A stretch of DNA of 64,000 nt from positions 1 to 64,000 of the forward strand of contig CAJINV010000022.1 in the NCBI GenBank assembly GCA_905178155.1. The letters run 5' to 3'. This stretch comes from Amoebophrya sp. A120 (lineage: Eukaryota > Protista > Dinoflagellata). Positions 43,004 to 54,516 of this stretch are shown piece by piece. Numbering within the stretch: the first letter of the stretch is position 1; every line of letters starts with the position of its first letter. Position numbers and translations under genes: made by a program. The notes beneath the pieces were generated by a model. It was not told the DNA's origin and ran no database searches. It worked only from the letters and a program-made list of their open reading frames with translations.

Positions 43004-44228
43004 CACATTGGTCTATCGACAAAGTTTTCGACGTCGACCTCGGGAAATTCCTCTTCAAAAGAGAAGAGGAGAATTCAAGAAGTTCTTGTACCAATCAAGA
43101 ACATGATGCTGGATAATTACTATAGGCGGAGTCGTGGCATGGTTTTATCGCTCCTGCCCTGAAAAGACTATTTCAAGAAAGAAAAAAGACGCGCCGACTT
43201 GTTCTCGACCTTCATGGACAGGAAGATAGAAGGCAAAAAGAAGAATCTCGCGCCGTCGAAACAACAAGGCAATTGATAAAGAAAGTTTACTGAAGCCAGA
43301 CTTCCAGAGTTCCTGTAGTGGTCCTCGATAGACTCATCTTCAGAGGACCGTCTTCCCTCTTGTACTGTGTTCAAAGAGTAGAAGTTTGTGTTGTGCTAGA
43401 ACTAGAAGTCGTGCTGCTCTGTATTTATTATTCAACACAGTTTCAACCATTTCGTGGCCGCACTCGTGCAGGAGCAGCGCTAGTACCGGAGGTCCACGTG
43501 GTCCTCGTGTAGTTCAGCGGCTAGTACTAGCGCATTCGGAATCCACGTTGTATAAAGAATGAACTTAAGAAGTCGAGTTTTTGAACAGTCAAAGTCTCGC
43601 CTGAAATTGCTCGCACTACGAGGCAGCACGTGCGCGTTCTTTTCTTAGCAAGTCCATAAAGATAAAGTAGGGGCTGCTCGGTCCTCGTGTTTTCATGTGT
43701 GGTAACAGAAAGCGTTCCACATCCCCATCCACCGGTGGTCCCAGTACTTCTCAAAAGGCCGATCTTGCAGCACTTCTCCAACATTACTTAGTATTCCCGC
43801 CTTCATCTCGCACTGTCGGCCACTTTGTTGCGGACCACGAAGACGTTTCTCCTCAAATTTTATTTGTTTCAAAAAGAAAAATCCAGATCCACGAAGAAGT
43901 TCACTGTAGAAGGACCAGTAGCAGCCTTCTCGGTGGTCCCTGATACAAATCGAGTAATGGAACTCCGAGACAATTTCCGCATTTGCAATAAAATCTAACC
44001 GTGAAGACCACGTACGACCGTGAGCTCTACTCTCCTCGGTCCCCCGGGTCTCAAAAATAATTGCAAGGGACTTGTTCTGTGCCTCGCTGTAGTGCAGGAT
44101 CAGCAGGGAAGCAGCAGCAACATCATAACAACGGGACCACCAACTCCCTAATTTACTACAGCGAGCAATTTTACTTTTTTAATTTACCTGATAGAAGAAG
44201 AATATATAATTTCAACGTCGTAACACCT

Positions 44229-44654
44229 CACAACTCCTTCTCCCCCTCATTGATTTGTCATGCAAAATACCAAACTCAAGTGCTTCCCTGTGGCACTGTT
44301 TGCATGACAGATTCCGGAAGCCCAGACAGTACTACAGTAGGCGCATGAATTTGTCATGCACAGGCTCCACGTGTACTGGTGTTTGTATTGCTGTCCATGC
44401 AATACAAATGAGGGTGAGGGGGAGTTGTGCACTGTCATACAACTTTCCGAGTTTGTGACGAAAGAGCAAGGGCTGCAAGTATTTCGCTTCTTCTCGAAAT
44501 ATTCATATTCAAATCGCATAAAGAAAAAAAGACGTCGAAGGCAAAATAAAAAAGCACGAAGATGGTTGAACGTTTTTCACCAACATCCGAATGCGTTTAC
44601 GATTTTCAACTTTCGCGATTGATGTAATTCTAATTGTATACCGCAGTTTTGGGA
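44229..44654 (+). repeat. Diverged duplicate of the AP1G 3' end (last introner, last codons and 3' UTR; about 42334-42755)
   Basis: Aligned by eye, including CAACTTTCCGAGTTTGTGA and the UTR. Confidence 0.9.
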
Positions 44655-44759
44655 TATTCGGGTAGCAGAAACCCAAACCCAAGGTAAAAAAACACGCACA
44701 TCAGTGGTCTCAGCGTACCGGATTCCCTTTGTTCCCAGCAAGATGATCCAGTATCCTTG

Positions 44760-45102
44760 TATGGGAAGATCCTCAAATGTTACATTGTTTGCTGTCCCTA
44801 GGTGCTGAGTTTTGTTTTATACAAGAAACCAAAAGCGACAGCCGACAGGGTAGCTGTTTGTACTTCTAGGGCCTGCTCGTATATTAATTTTAATTGCATA
44901 GTACAAGACTTGATGTGCGAGCAATTCGATGCGCTATTTAGAAGTGCAGCGTCAAGGTCAAGAACTTCTACTTCTTGCCATGCGAAGCAATAGCAGCTTG
45001 TTGATCGCGTGGAGGGTGGTAGGAATTCTGCATGACAACAAGAAATCATGTAAGAACTAAACTTCTATAGCCAGCAATGTGAAAACGCTTGAGAGCCCCA
45101 TA
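44760..45102. mobile_element. Degenerate family F-like introner shared with the paralog (58700-59032)
   Basis: TSD ccttg/ccttt in both copies. Confidence 0.8.
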
Positions 45103-45165
45103 CCTTTTTTGGCAACGCTCTGTCTCCCCCGGGAGTCTGAGGCCGAGATCGCGAAATTGCTCATG

Positions 45166-45388
45166 TATGGGGGTGCACAAGTAGAACTCCCCGTCCCCTT
45201 CATTTGCGTGGCATGAACAGCAATACTACGTACTCCAGCACACGTGGACGAGCCTGTGCATGTTGACAAGATCAAGCGCCAAATGTAATTAGCGCTTTTA
45301 TTTTTGCTTTCGGAAATTGTCATGCATAATGGTGACATACACACATGTCAAGGGAACAAACTGGAGCTGTGAATTGTGCACTCCCATA
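45166..45388. mobile_element. TIR introner, family B-like
   Basis: TATGGGGGTGCACAA ... TTGTGCACTCCCATA; TSD tcatg/tcaaa. Confidence 0.82.
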
Positions 45389-45484
45389 TCAAAAAGACAA
45401 CTGAAGCTGTGGGAATTGGGAAAAATTGGGAAAAGCCCGATCGCAAATTAGTTGAACAAGCGCGAGCCACACTCGAGAACCAGT

Positions 45485-47173
45485 TATGAATTGCAAATAT
45501 GTCTGGGTCGTCTGGAACAACGCTGCAACCGTTTGTGATGCATTCCACAGACCACGACGAAAATTTGTCTTGCGCGGGCAGCACAAGAAGCGCAGTTTTG
45601 GCCTGCTAAAACGGTATGTTTGTCCGTGCGGGATACTTATGCATCGCAAAGCACTTACTCTCACAAGACCTGTGACGCAATCCGCATCACAAACTCCTGC
45701 ACGACCCATCCAGGCTAGCTACATGGAAGCAGACAAATCAATGATGGGCGCCGCGTTGTTAATGCGGTTCATTTTCTCCATGCTTAGCCATGAGGGCGAG
45801 CGCCGCTCCGTCCAGGGTGGCCGAGTAGGCGACAGCACGGCCAAGGCACAGCAGAGGCTTGCTTTCATCTCCTGCGCCATATAAATGCGCGCCAGCTTTT
45901 GGCGTGAGGCGGACCGCCGAGGGAGGAGGGGCGCGTAGTGTCTTGCGAACGTCCAAGCCAGCTCCCCCTGGCTTCTGCGCTTGGTCTTAATGTTGCTGCT
46001 GCTGCAAGCGGAAAGCGCAGTCGGAGAAGCCTAATCTTGCGACCCCCCGCCCCTCCAAAGGCGCAAGAGGCGGCGCGCCTGTTGGCTGCCATTGGGGCGC
46101 CGAGCGAGCGCAGGCGGCGGCGGTTGCTCTTTCTAGCAGCCGAAGACCCGCACTGCGAAAGCAGGCAGTCCAGATCAGTCCGAGAGACAAACCGGCAGCA
46201 ATCCAGGACAATCCGAAAACAGTCCAAAAAAATCCGCCATGTTAGAATCCAGGCCCAGACTTTTTTGGACTGAATTTGGTTCGGACTGTGGATTGGGTTT
46301 TTCCGGTCAACTTCAAACGGCGGATTGGACTTTTCGGACCAACTTCAAACGCCGGATTGGGTTTTTCGAACCAACTTCAAACGGCGGATTGGATTTTTCG
46401 AACCAACTTCAAACGCCGGATTGCAGTCGTCTTTTTGTGAGGTCGTCCCCGCTTCTGCTGGGGCCGGCGCTTCGCGCCGGCGAATACTGCCCACCTGACT
46501 TGAATGGAGATCAACGCCTGCTGTAGCCCGGGCGCTGAGCTCTACCTGTCGGGTTGCCCCCTGGTTGCTTGTTGTGGTCGTTGGGCCTGGGCTGCTCGCG
46601 CATTGGGGTCTGATGGGTCTGCTCGGAGGCAGCCAGGCACGGGCACATCTGTCGCGTTGCGCCGCTGAATGTGGCATGTGCAACAACAGGCGGTGCCCCG
46701 GTGGAGGTGTTTCGAAGGTAGAGGCATGAACGCCCCTGCGACGAGAGCTCCGGGGACCCTTTCTGCCGGCATGCAAGAGGGGTGGCAGTTTCTATTTTGG
46801 GGGATTATGTATTTCTTACGCAGGGCCGCGGGGGGCGCAGGCACTGGAATTCGGGTTCTTTGACTGGGGACATTCGTGGCGGTATGTCGTTCCAATTTAG
46901 CCTAGGGAGGACTCTATAATTGTGTGGCAGGATTGTTTGCTGGCTGAAGATTGAGCTCTCCTGTGTTCCAAAGCGGGCTCCTTTGGCGCCGTCGGTGAGG
47001 GCTTCGGAGAGCCCAAGCAGGCCGCTCACTCTTATCTGAAAAGCGCAATTTCGAAAATGTTTGAAATGAGTTTGAAGTTGGTTTGAAATGGAATTAGGCC
47101 CCGGGCCCGTTTGATATAAGCATGACAAACTCCTGCGCGACCCATCCAGGCTCAGATATATTTACTTGCGATC
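45485..47173. mobile_element. Family D introner carrying a 1.4-kb GC-rich insertion (45717-47119)
   Basis: TSD CCAGT; 33-bp direct repeat 45684-45716 / 47120-47152. Confidence 0.8.
46290..46423. repeat. 32-bp tandem repeat x4 (GGATTGGRTTTTTCGRACCAACTTCAAACGSC)
   Basis: Four adjacent imperfect copies. Confidence 0.9.
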
Positions 47174-47194
47174 CCAGTTGACGATGGCCCCGCA

Positions 47195-47510
47195 TATCCT
47201 GAGCAAAAAGTTCCCACCCCACCAGAGTTGTCACTCAAATTTGCAATCACACACGACAGAGAAACACTATATAAATGCGCATCCACATCATGATAAGAGG
47301 CATTTTCCATCGTGTTTTGGCAACATTTGTGATGCTGTCAGCAGGAAGATAGAGAGATGGATTTGTCATGTGGGTGCTCTTGCAAATAACCTGCACTACA
47401 ATACAGAGCAAGCCTTGTGGTCATGCATGACTCCCGAAACAACTTCTGGATTTGTGTTGCAGACTTTTCAATTTCTTGACTCTGGGGTGGGGATGTTTTC
47501 ACACAGGATA
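47195..47510. mobile_element. TIR introner, family C
   Basis: TIR clear; TSD decayed (ccgca/gtgcg); 321-bp removal keeps frame. Confidence 0.82.
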
Positions 47511-47574
47511 GTGCGCGGAAAGCTAGAAGTTCTGCAGACCCTGACAAGAGACGTTTTGGATGAAAAGCTTGTGC

Positions 47575-47860
47575 TACGAGACGAGTGCACAAGGCCTCCC
47601 CACCCCGATTTCTTTAAGGGCATGTGGTCTTCTAGCAACACAAACAATCAACCTGCAAAATTTATCGTATTTGGAGCTTTAAAAATGATTTGCATGACAA
47701 ATTGGACTTATAATGCAGTTTTGACTCCTTCCCGAATTTCAATTTGACCACATGGATCATAAAATAAACCTCGGCCCAAGAAGCGGTTGTGCCCGGATAG
47801 GATTTTTTGACATTCTGCACGACAAATGAGGGGGACGAGAGAGAGTTGTGCGTTTTCATA
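47575..47860. mobile_element. Degenerate family B introner shared with the paralog (59518-59733)
   Basis: TSD TGTGC. Confidence 0.8.
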
Positions 47861-48594
47861 TGTGCCCCAACTGCTTCTGACCATACTGCTTCCGGTTCCG
47901 AAACTACGACCACGTCCTCTCGCAGATGGCGGCACTGGAAGTAGGCGGGAAGCGTCTAAACGAGACGAAGGGCTACGTCGTGTACGCCGAAGCTCCTCCC
48001 GTTCTGCTCGTGGGCGTTCTAACGCGAAAAGTCCAGCATCACCATCTCGCGACGCAGCGGAGCCGCATGGTCGCAGCAGCAGCAGGAACGGCTCCTCTCC
48101 TTCCAGGTCACCCTCGCGGGGTCGCAAGAAGTGCTGCACCCGCCGGAGGTCTAGGTTGGGCGAAACGTCGTGTACACTTTCATAGGATGAAAGTGTAACT
48201 ACTGCCAGAGCCTGTGACCGAGACAAACATAATATCTGAGGCAAACGCCGTAATACGATTCCGGTATCAGCTTCTAGCTATTGCAGACCCAGCACCACAA
48301 ATGTGCGAAGCAGAGAACGAAAACCTCTCGACGCCTCAGGAGGAAGCAAGATCTAGCTAAGTGTATAATGTATTAGTTTATTGATGTATAAGTTGTACTA
48401 TAAACATGTCTTGTTCAATGAATTTGCTTAGCCTTAGGCTACGCAAATTGCTTGTCGCAGTTCGCTCCGGCTACAGTGACCTACACCTACTTAAACCAGT
48501 ATTTTGATTTTACATTGCACAATTCTCCAACTACGCAGCACCTAACTCATATTTTACAGGAAAGAAGTTAGCATCTCGTTGTAGAAGTATTGAC

Positions 48595-49344
48595 CCCACT
48601 TCGTGTGTTTAAAGAGACCTGAGTAGCAAGGCCTTTGAAAAAAGAATCTACTTGAGTTCTAACACCGGCGCACTCCGCGGCCCCGTCGCGTGGTCAAGAA
48701 TTTACATATTGAAAGTTGTATCTCAGCAGTAGTGCAGCTTTACAGTAGTAGAACACCGCGCTGGGGGTAGGTTTTTGGTACGCTTTTTCGCTACAGTTTT
48801 AAGATTTTTTGAACATACAACTAGTTTGGTGAGGTCATTTTCTTTTTTGTTCAGTCGCGGCCGATGGTGGAGGTGCCAGTCTGTCAGGAGGGCACTCGTC
48901 GTCCGCCACTGATTTTGCAGGCCACCAGGGGAGGAGAACAACTACAGTCCACCAATGGAGGGCTACAGCCCACCAATAGACTACAGTCTACGACTGGTGG
49001 AGTGCAACTACAGTCCTCACGAATGGACCGTCGAAGATCAAAATTATGAAAGCAAGCCGAGCGCTGATTTTCTTGGATCTTTCTGGTCTATTGTCGGCGC
49101 ACGGAAAAAAAAATTGGAAAAAATCTTCTAACGAACCTGTCTCGACGCAGACGGGAACAGGAACAACGTGGTCACATACTATCATTGGATATTATCGTGC
49201 GGACGAATTGGAAGATATTTTCTGCTGCAGATATGCAGGCGCGGGTGGCAAAAATTGCAACAAAAAAACCTCCAGCTCTCCTCGACTAGGGGCCGCTGCA
49301 ATTAGGAGCTGCAAAGATAAGACCTGCAGCTCTCGACTTCGTTC
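48595..49344 (+). repeat. Near-identical duplicate of 61069-61832
   Basis: Long stretches of identity with few substitutions or indels. Confidence 0.93.
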
Positions 49345-50775
49345 GTGGCCCCCTTACACAACGTAGTAGTTCTCGTCGAAGAGTAAGATCTGCTTTGGCT
49401 TTCTCATTCTGGTCGCTCGATCACCGGCGGGCTCTGTTTGCGAACCAAAATGTTGCTCCTCAAATCTGCTGGAAATCTGGATCCTCAAAGACCTACGACA
49501 AGTTCATCATTCTCGGTTTTTATTGTTTACAACCGCATGGTGCGATGCTTTTGATAAATAGAAGTCCATGATGTGGTCTTCTTGCGCATTGGCTAAGCGT
49601 GAGTGCATGATCTCTCCTCGGGTGTAAGTAAGTAGTTGTGCCCGAAAATAAACCACGCGGCAAAGTCGGTATAGAAATTCCTTGACTCTAATGTGCGAGT
49701 GGTTGTGGTTTAGGATCAGGCTCCTCAACCTCAAGCAGCTACACCTTTGCTGGGTGTAAACAGGAAGATCATTTTCAGAAGCAATAATTTCATAATTCGT
49801 GGAGATCATACACATCCTCGGTACTGAACTTTATTGGAACCTTATGTAACAAGAACAACTGCCAAGTAAATGAGTTCCGGTATCTGCAATTGCATATCGA
49901 GAAGCTTCGGTTGGAATGATCAACGGCGCCAGGCAAAATCTTCGAGACAGCCAAACTCACGATCGCGTAGTAAGTTGTCGAGTTCATACATCGCATCACT
50001 TAAACAGTTCTTGCAGCAGAAAACACCCCCCAACCATCGCCTCCCAAACATCTTCGAAGTAGAACTTAAGTAAAACTATTGAGCAGCTTTTCTAATAATT
50101 TTGAGCAAGGACGACAAACAAAAACCTCCTACAGGACAGCTTTTCATCTGAAGAGCAGCAGCGTCCAGTTGTACTCGTGCTTGCGCGTGCTACCACTCTT
50201 AGTTACCCACTATATTTTTTTATTCAAAACAACGAACTACTACTTACATGCACTGAAGGTGTTGAAGAACTCACGAAAATTCATCCACGACCCATTTTCT
50301 CCTTGCATAGACCACTTTTACAAGGAGGGACCGATGCAATAGCATTGAAAGGGCATTTTACTTACTATTTCTCTGTAGACGAGTTGTTGTCTTCAACTTG
50401 TTTTAAGTATCGCCTCCTCAATTGTTCTTTCGGTACTTATTGGTAAAGGAACCACAGGTAAAAGCACGCCTTCCTAGTAGCGCAGACGCCTTCAACTTCT
50501 ACATTCTTACATCCGCACAACTTGTTATAACATCATGGAGCTGCACCAGCAGGAGCGCTTGGCGTCGTTGTTGGTAAAAAAGTCCCCTCGTCGTACTCCG
50601 CGAGCGGGCCGTGTACTACTGCATCTTTCGCCGCGCCACATGAAGAAGGCAACGTGCACGATGAAGAAAGTTATGATTTCCGCCGTGCTTCTTTGTGGCC
50701 AAGAGCTTCTTACTGCGCCGCTGTGCTGCGTTGCCTTCACTCTGAACAAGCTGCGCCCGCAGGCCGCGTCGTCCT

Positions 50776-51030
50776 TATCACCATGCACAACTCGTCCCCC
50801 TCGTTCTCACTTCTCATCGAAAAAATTTACAACTCGTCCAGTCGATACTCTCTTGTGTCAGTATTAATTATGCATGACAAAATCCTGAAGCTGCTACCCA
50901 AAGCACAGCACTTGTACTACACTTTACGCAGGAACAAGAACTTGTCGTGCTCATGCTCCACATGGGGAGCTGTTTGTATTGCTGCTCATGCAATACAAAT
51001 GTGGAGGAGGGGGAGTCACGCACTCTCATA
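50776..51030. mobile_element. Degenerate family B element
   Basis: TGCACAACTC ... GGGGAGTCACGCACTCTCATA; TSD gtcct/gttct. Confidence 0.75.
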
Positions 51031-51360
51031 GTTCTCCTTTTCTCCTGAAGAAGCGGAGAAGCTGCGTCGTTGCAAGCAGCACGCTATGGCTTGCTCAGAT
51101 GTTACAATGATCTCAACTGATGTTACTTACAATAGAATTTTCTGGAAGATTTTGTGGTCTTGCTCTTGCATGAGCGCCAGCATGAGTAGCATGCAAAGCT
51201 TTGCTGCTCTTTTCGCAATACAAATTTCGCCGGATTGATATTCTTCTAGTGGAGTGCGGGGTTTGGGGCCCCAGAACTCGTCATGCGTATAATTCGTGAA
51301 GGACTAGGAGAAGGCCAGATGTTGCACGTTTCGCAACATCACACAACGCAGACTCTATAT

Positions 51361-54300
51361 GTGCTAACGGATGATGAGATTGTAACACCTGACCAGGTAT
51401 CCTGTGCAAAAGTATCGCATTCGTATAAATGCAAGTCTTGCGTTACAAATATTTCTGTTAAGGTGCATCAGCATGACAAATTTTATTTCTCATGCTGAGA
51501 AAATTTGTAATGCATTTATAGGAGTACGATACTTTTGCAGTTCATACCAGGTTATATACACTGACACGAAACGATTGGAGTGTCACGCGGATGCATACGT
51601 ATCAAATGCAAGTTTTTCTGCTGGGTGTGGAAGGTTGCATGTTGTGATGCAGCTTCTGGAACAGGCAAAAGTCTGTGTTGCGTGGTCAGCAAATAAACAT
51701 GCAGACGTCAGATTCAGTACAGGGCGCTTATTTCTCATGCAGAATAGGCATGGAGAGACGACGTCGGGAGAATTTCTCATGCTTTGCCTGCAATCCAGAT
51801 TGTTTACGTGGTTTTTCGGATGCAAAAACTGCAAAGTAAGTAAATGGCTGCATGCTTCCAGACCCAGACATAATATTTGCAGTTGATAATAGGGATCATT
51901 TGACAATGTAGTCGACGATAAGTCTGTTATGAGAGAAATGCAGCACAACTCGTGGTCCTCTTGTGCTTGTTCCCTCTATTTCTTTGTAGAGGCAACATGA
52001 TGTTGGGCAGAAAGAGCAAGACTATCAGCAAGCTCACATCAAATGAAGCAACCCCCGCCGCGTGAGAATAATTAGATCCAGCCACCCATTCTTGCTAAGT
52101 ACTGTTTGGCGTGTCGAAATTTTTCACGCACGCAGTGCTTGTTTGATACAATAAAATAAATAGATACCATCTAACGAGTTGAGTAAAGGGGTTCTTCTTC
52201 ACCACGAGTAGTTCTGCACTTCGATATCCGTGAACGCGAAGGTAAGCGAAATCTATGCCGCGGTGAAACTAATCGAGCAAATCGATAAGATCCACGAGCA
52301 AGAGCAGCAGACCGGCGCTGGAGCAGGGGCTCCTGTTGCGGGTCCGGGCCGCGGGGCGGACGCGCCGCCAGCGGTTGCGGGAGTGCAACGAGCGGAAGAA
52401 GTACAGCAGGACGAGCCAGGCGCAGTCTCACAGGCCATGCGTGACGGAGTGGCGGTGGACAATACAGGAAGGCCTGTGGGTAACTACCTGAACCTGTGGC
52501 AACATTTGGGCGACGCGCTGGTCCAGGGACTACCGAATGCCGTGCAACTCGTGAAAGCAGCCAGACGCTGCGTGCTCCCACGCAAGCAGTTCGTGGAGGA
52601 GAATTGTGCGACATATGTGAGGTATCCAACAGCTACGCACCGGTATGCGGACACAGAATTCGTGAAGACCTGGGGCGCATTGGAAGACGCGCACGCGGTT
52701 ATTCATAATATGGAACAGCTGTACACTATCCCACGAACAAAATGTTGAAGGAGGTGCAACAGTTAGTACACATTTGCCGTGCTTAATATCACTGCGGTAT
52801 CACATTAAAGCTCCAGTCTGCAGGCTGATGGCAGAGAAAAGAAACTTGCAAAAATGCAGCCGAGATCATAAGTAATTCATATCGATAAGAGGCAACAGCA
52901 CCAGCAGGTACGAAACCAGGCTTCACTTCTGAAAATTAATCTGGCATGACCACAGAGCCTGTCCGTCCTGCTCAACCTGCAAGAGCTACGCAATGTGTAA
53001 TATTAGCTGCATTTAACAACTTTGCTCTACTTTCATAGACATTGGGACTGCGGTACTCTCTGCGAAGCAAGAGTACCTGCGAAGCGCAATCAAAGCAGGA
53101 AACAGGCACGCAAAAAAGCGGCAACAGAAGGAGCTTAAACAGAAAGAGGCCGAGGCCGAGGCATGGGCCCAGGAACAGGAGGAGACTAGGAAGAAGCTCG
53201 AGCAGGATGCTATGACCCGCTCAGACGTTTTTACAATCTCAACTGTTGCAATAGAAGCTGGAAATCGCATGACAAGTTTCATCGGAGTCCCAAACCCACG
53301 TGAAATCCGGCAAAATTTGTAGTGTGAAAAGCTCAATTCTCTCTGTGTTCCTCATGCTCTTCATGCAATACAAATTCCAGAAGATTCTATTGTAACGCTT
53401 GAGATTGTCACGTTTGAGGAGACCATAGATGCCTTTGAGCTGGAGCAAGAAAAAATCAGCAACGCACGCACGGAGATTTTGGAGAAGCTCAAGGAAGAGC
53501 AGCGAGATATCCTGAGCAAAAACGTTCCCACCCCATAGTCAAGATGGGAAATCGGCAACACAACTGAATCAATCAGCTTTGGCTGTTGTGCATGACAAAT
53601 TGGGCCTCGCCGTGTAATCCTGTTTAGCTAGCTCCTCAGCAGCGTCACAGCTCTAGCATAAGTCGCTGACTAGGCTTACAAAACGCCTCGCCTGCTGGGG
53701 CTCCGCATGAGAAACATTTTGAGCAAGCAGACTTGCGTGACAACTACGGGGTGGGGACGTTTTTGCACAGGACACGAGAGGAGCAGGAGGCTGCGGACTG
53801 GGACGCCGTCATCATATCCACACACTATGCAAGAAAAAAACTGTGTAAGTGTAACTCTGTAATGCAGAACATGCAACAGAGGTACGCCTGTCATGCCGCA
53901 CAACCACGAAGTCCTCTTTTCACGAGTGTTTTCCCTTGCAAGCCACGCATGACAGGTTGTCTCTGTTGTGTAGAGCAAATTTGTGATGCTGTCAGCCAAG
54001 GAAAGTTACACTAACACAGTTTTTTCCGTGGATACACATTCAGAAAAGTACATCACTAGAACGCAGACAACAAGTAGAAAAAAATATCCTGAGTAAAAAC
54101 GTACCCACACCAGAGTTGTAATGCAGATTTGCAAAGACAGGAAGACTTGTAATGCGCATCCGCATGAGAGCCATTTCCAGTCGTGTTTTGGGATTTGTGA
54201 TGCTGTGAACAGGATGAGCAGATGAATGCGTGATGCGGCTGCACTTGCTAACCTGCACTATACTGCAGAGTCAGAGTGCAACTTGTCATGCGTGACTCAC

Positions 54301-54380
54301 AAAACTCCTAGGTTTGTGTTGCAAAATCCCCATCCTGACTCTGGTGTGGGTACGTTTTTACTCAGGATAAAAAAGGGTCT
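51361..54380 (+). CDS. Unknown protein segment with a coiled coil, 8 TIR introns; ends unresolved, possibly the 5' part of the 55735-60414 gene
   Basis: Element+TSD removal gives a continuous frame LTDDEIVTPDQVIY..SVNAKVSE..KQKEAEAEAWAQEQEE..TSRKK. Confidence 0.65.
51398..51546. mobile_element. Family A introner that also forms a GT-AG intron (51397-51550)
   Basis: TSD CCAGG. Confidence 0.93.
51600..51888. mobile_element. Family D introner with GT-AG boundaries (51599-51892)
   Basis: TSD atacg/atagg. Confidence 0.88.
51928..52226. mobile_element. Degenerate family B-like introner
   Basis: TSD tctgt/tccgt; frame restored. Confidence 0.7.
52727..53037. mobile_element. Highly degenerate introner
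   Basis: TATC..CATA ends; TSD tacac/gacat; 316-bp removal joins frames. Confidence 0.6.
53211..53427. mobile_element. TIR introner, family F-like
   Basis: TSD GATGC. Confidence 0.88.
53508..53774. mobile_element. TIR introner, family C (inverted)
   Basis: TSD CGAGA; right end ACA. Confidence 0.92.
53826..54034. mobile_element. TIR introner, family G
   Basis: TSD cacac/cacat. Confidence 0.92.
54085..54369. mobile_element. TIR introner, family C, with perfect 31-bp TIR
   Basis: TATCCTGAGTAAAAACGTACCCACACCAGAG at both ends; TSD AAAAA. Confidence 0.95.
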
Positions 54381-54516
54381 GTCATTATGTATTAGAAGCG
54401 CACTTTTAAGTAGATGTTTATCTTTATGTATATCAGCATGAGAAACTTGCTCTTTATTGTGGCGCCTAGCTCTACTCTATTGATTCATTGTCGAGTAGAA
54501 GATGTAGAAAGCGCAT

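Larger units (their letters stand above)
44655..48185 (+). pseudogene. 5'-truncated paralog of the 55735-60414 gene; frame still open after removing 5 introners
   Basis: QYPFLATLCL..TLENQL..EVLQTLT..LVPQLLLT..RSSSRSARGRS..CTLS-stop matches the second copy; no 5' part visible. Confidence 0.6.

Noticed and set aside
50535-51359. 5' exons of the 51.4-kb gene and a decayed element at 51085-51359
   Set aside because: I could not obtain a consistent frame across both decayed elements
42790-54039. Both family G copies flanked by CACA(T/C), suggesting target specificity
   Set aside because: Only two cases, in opposite orientations, and other families show diverse TSDs
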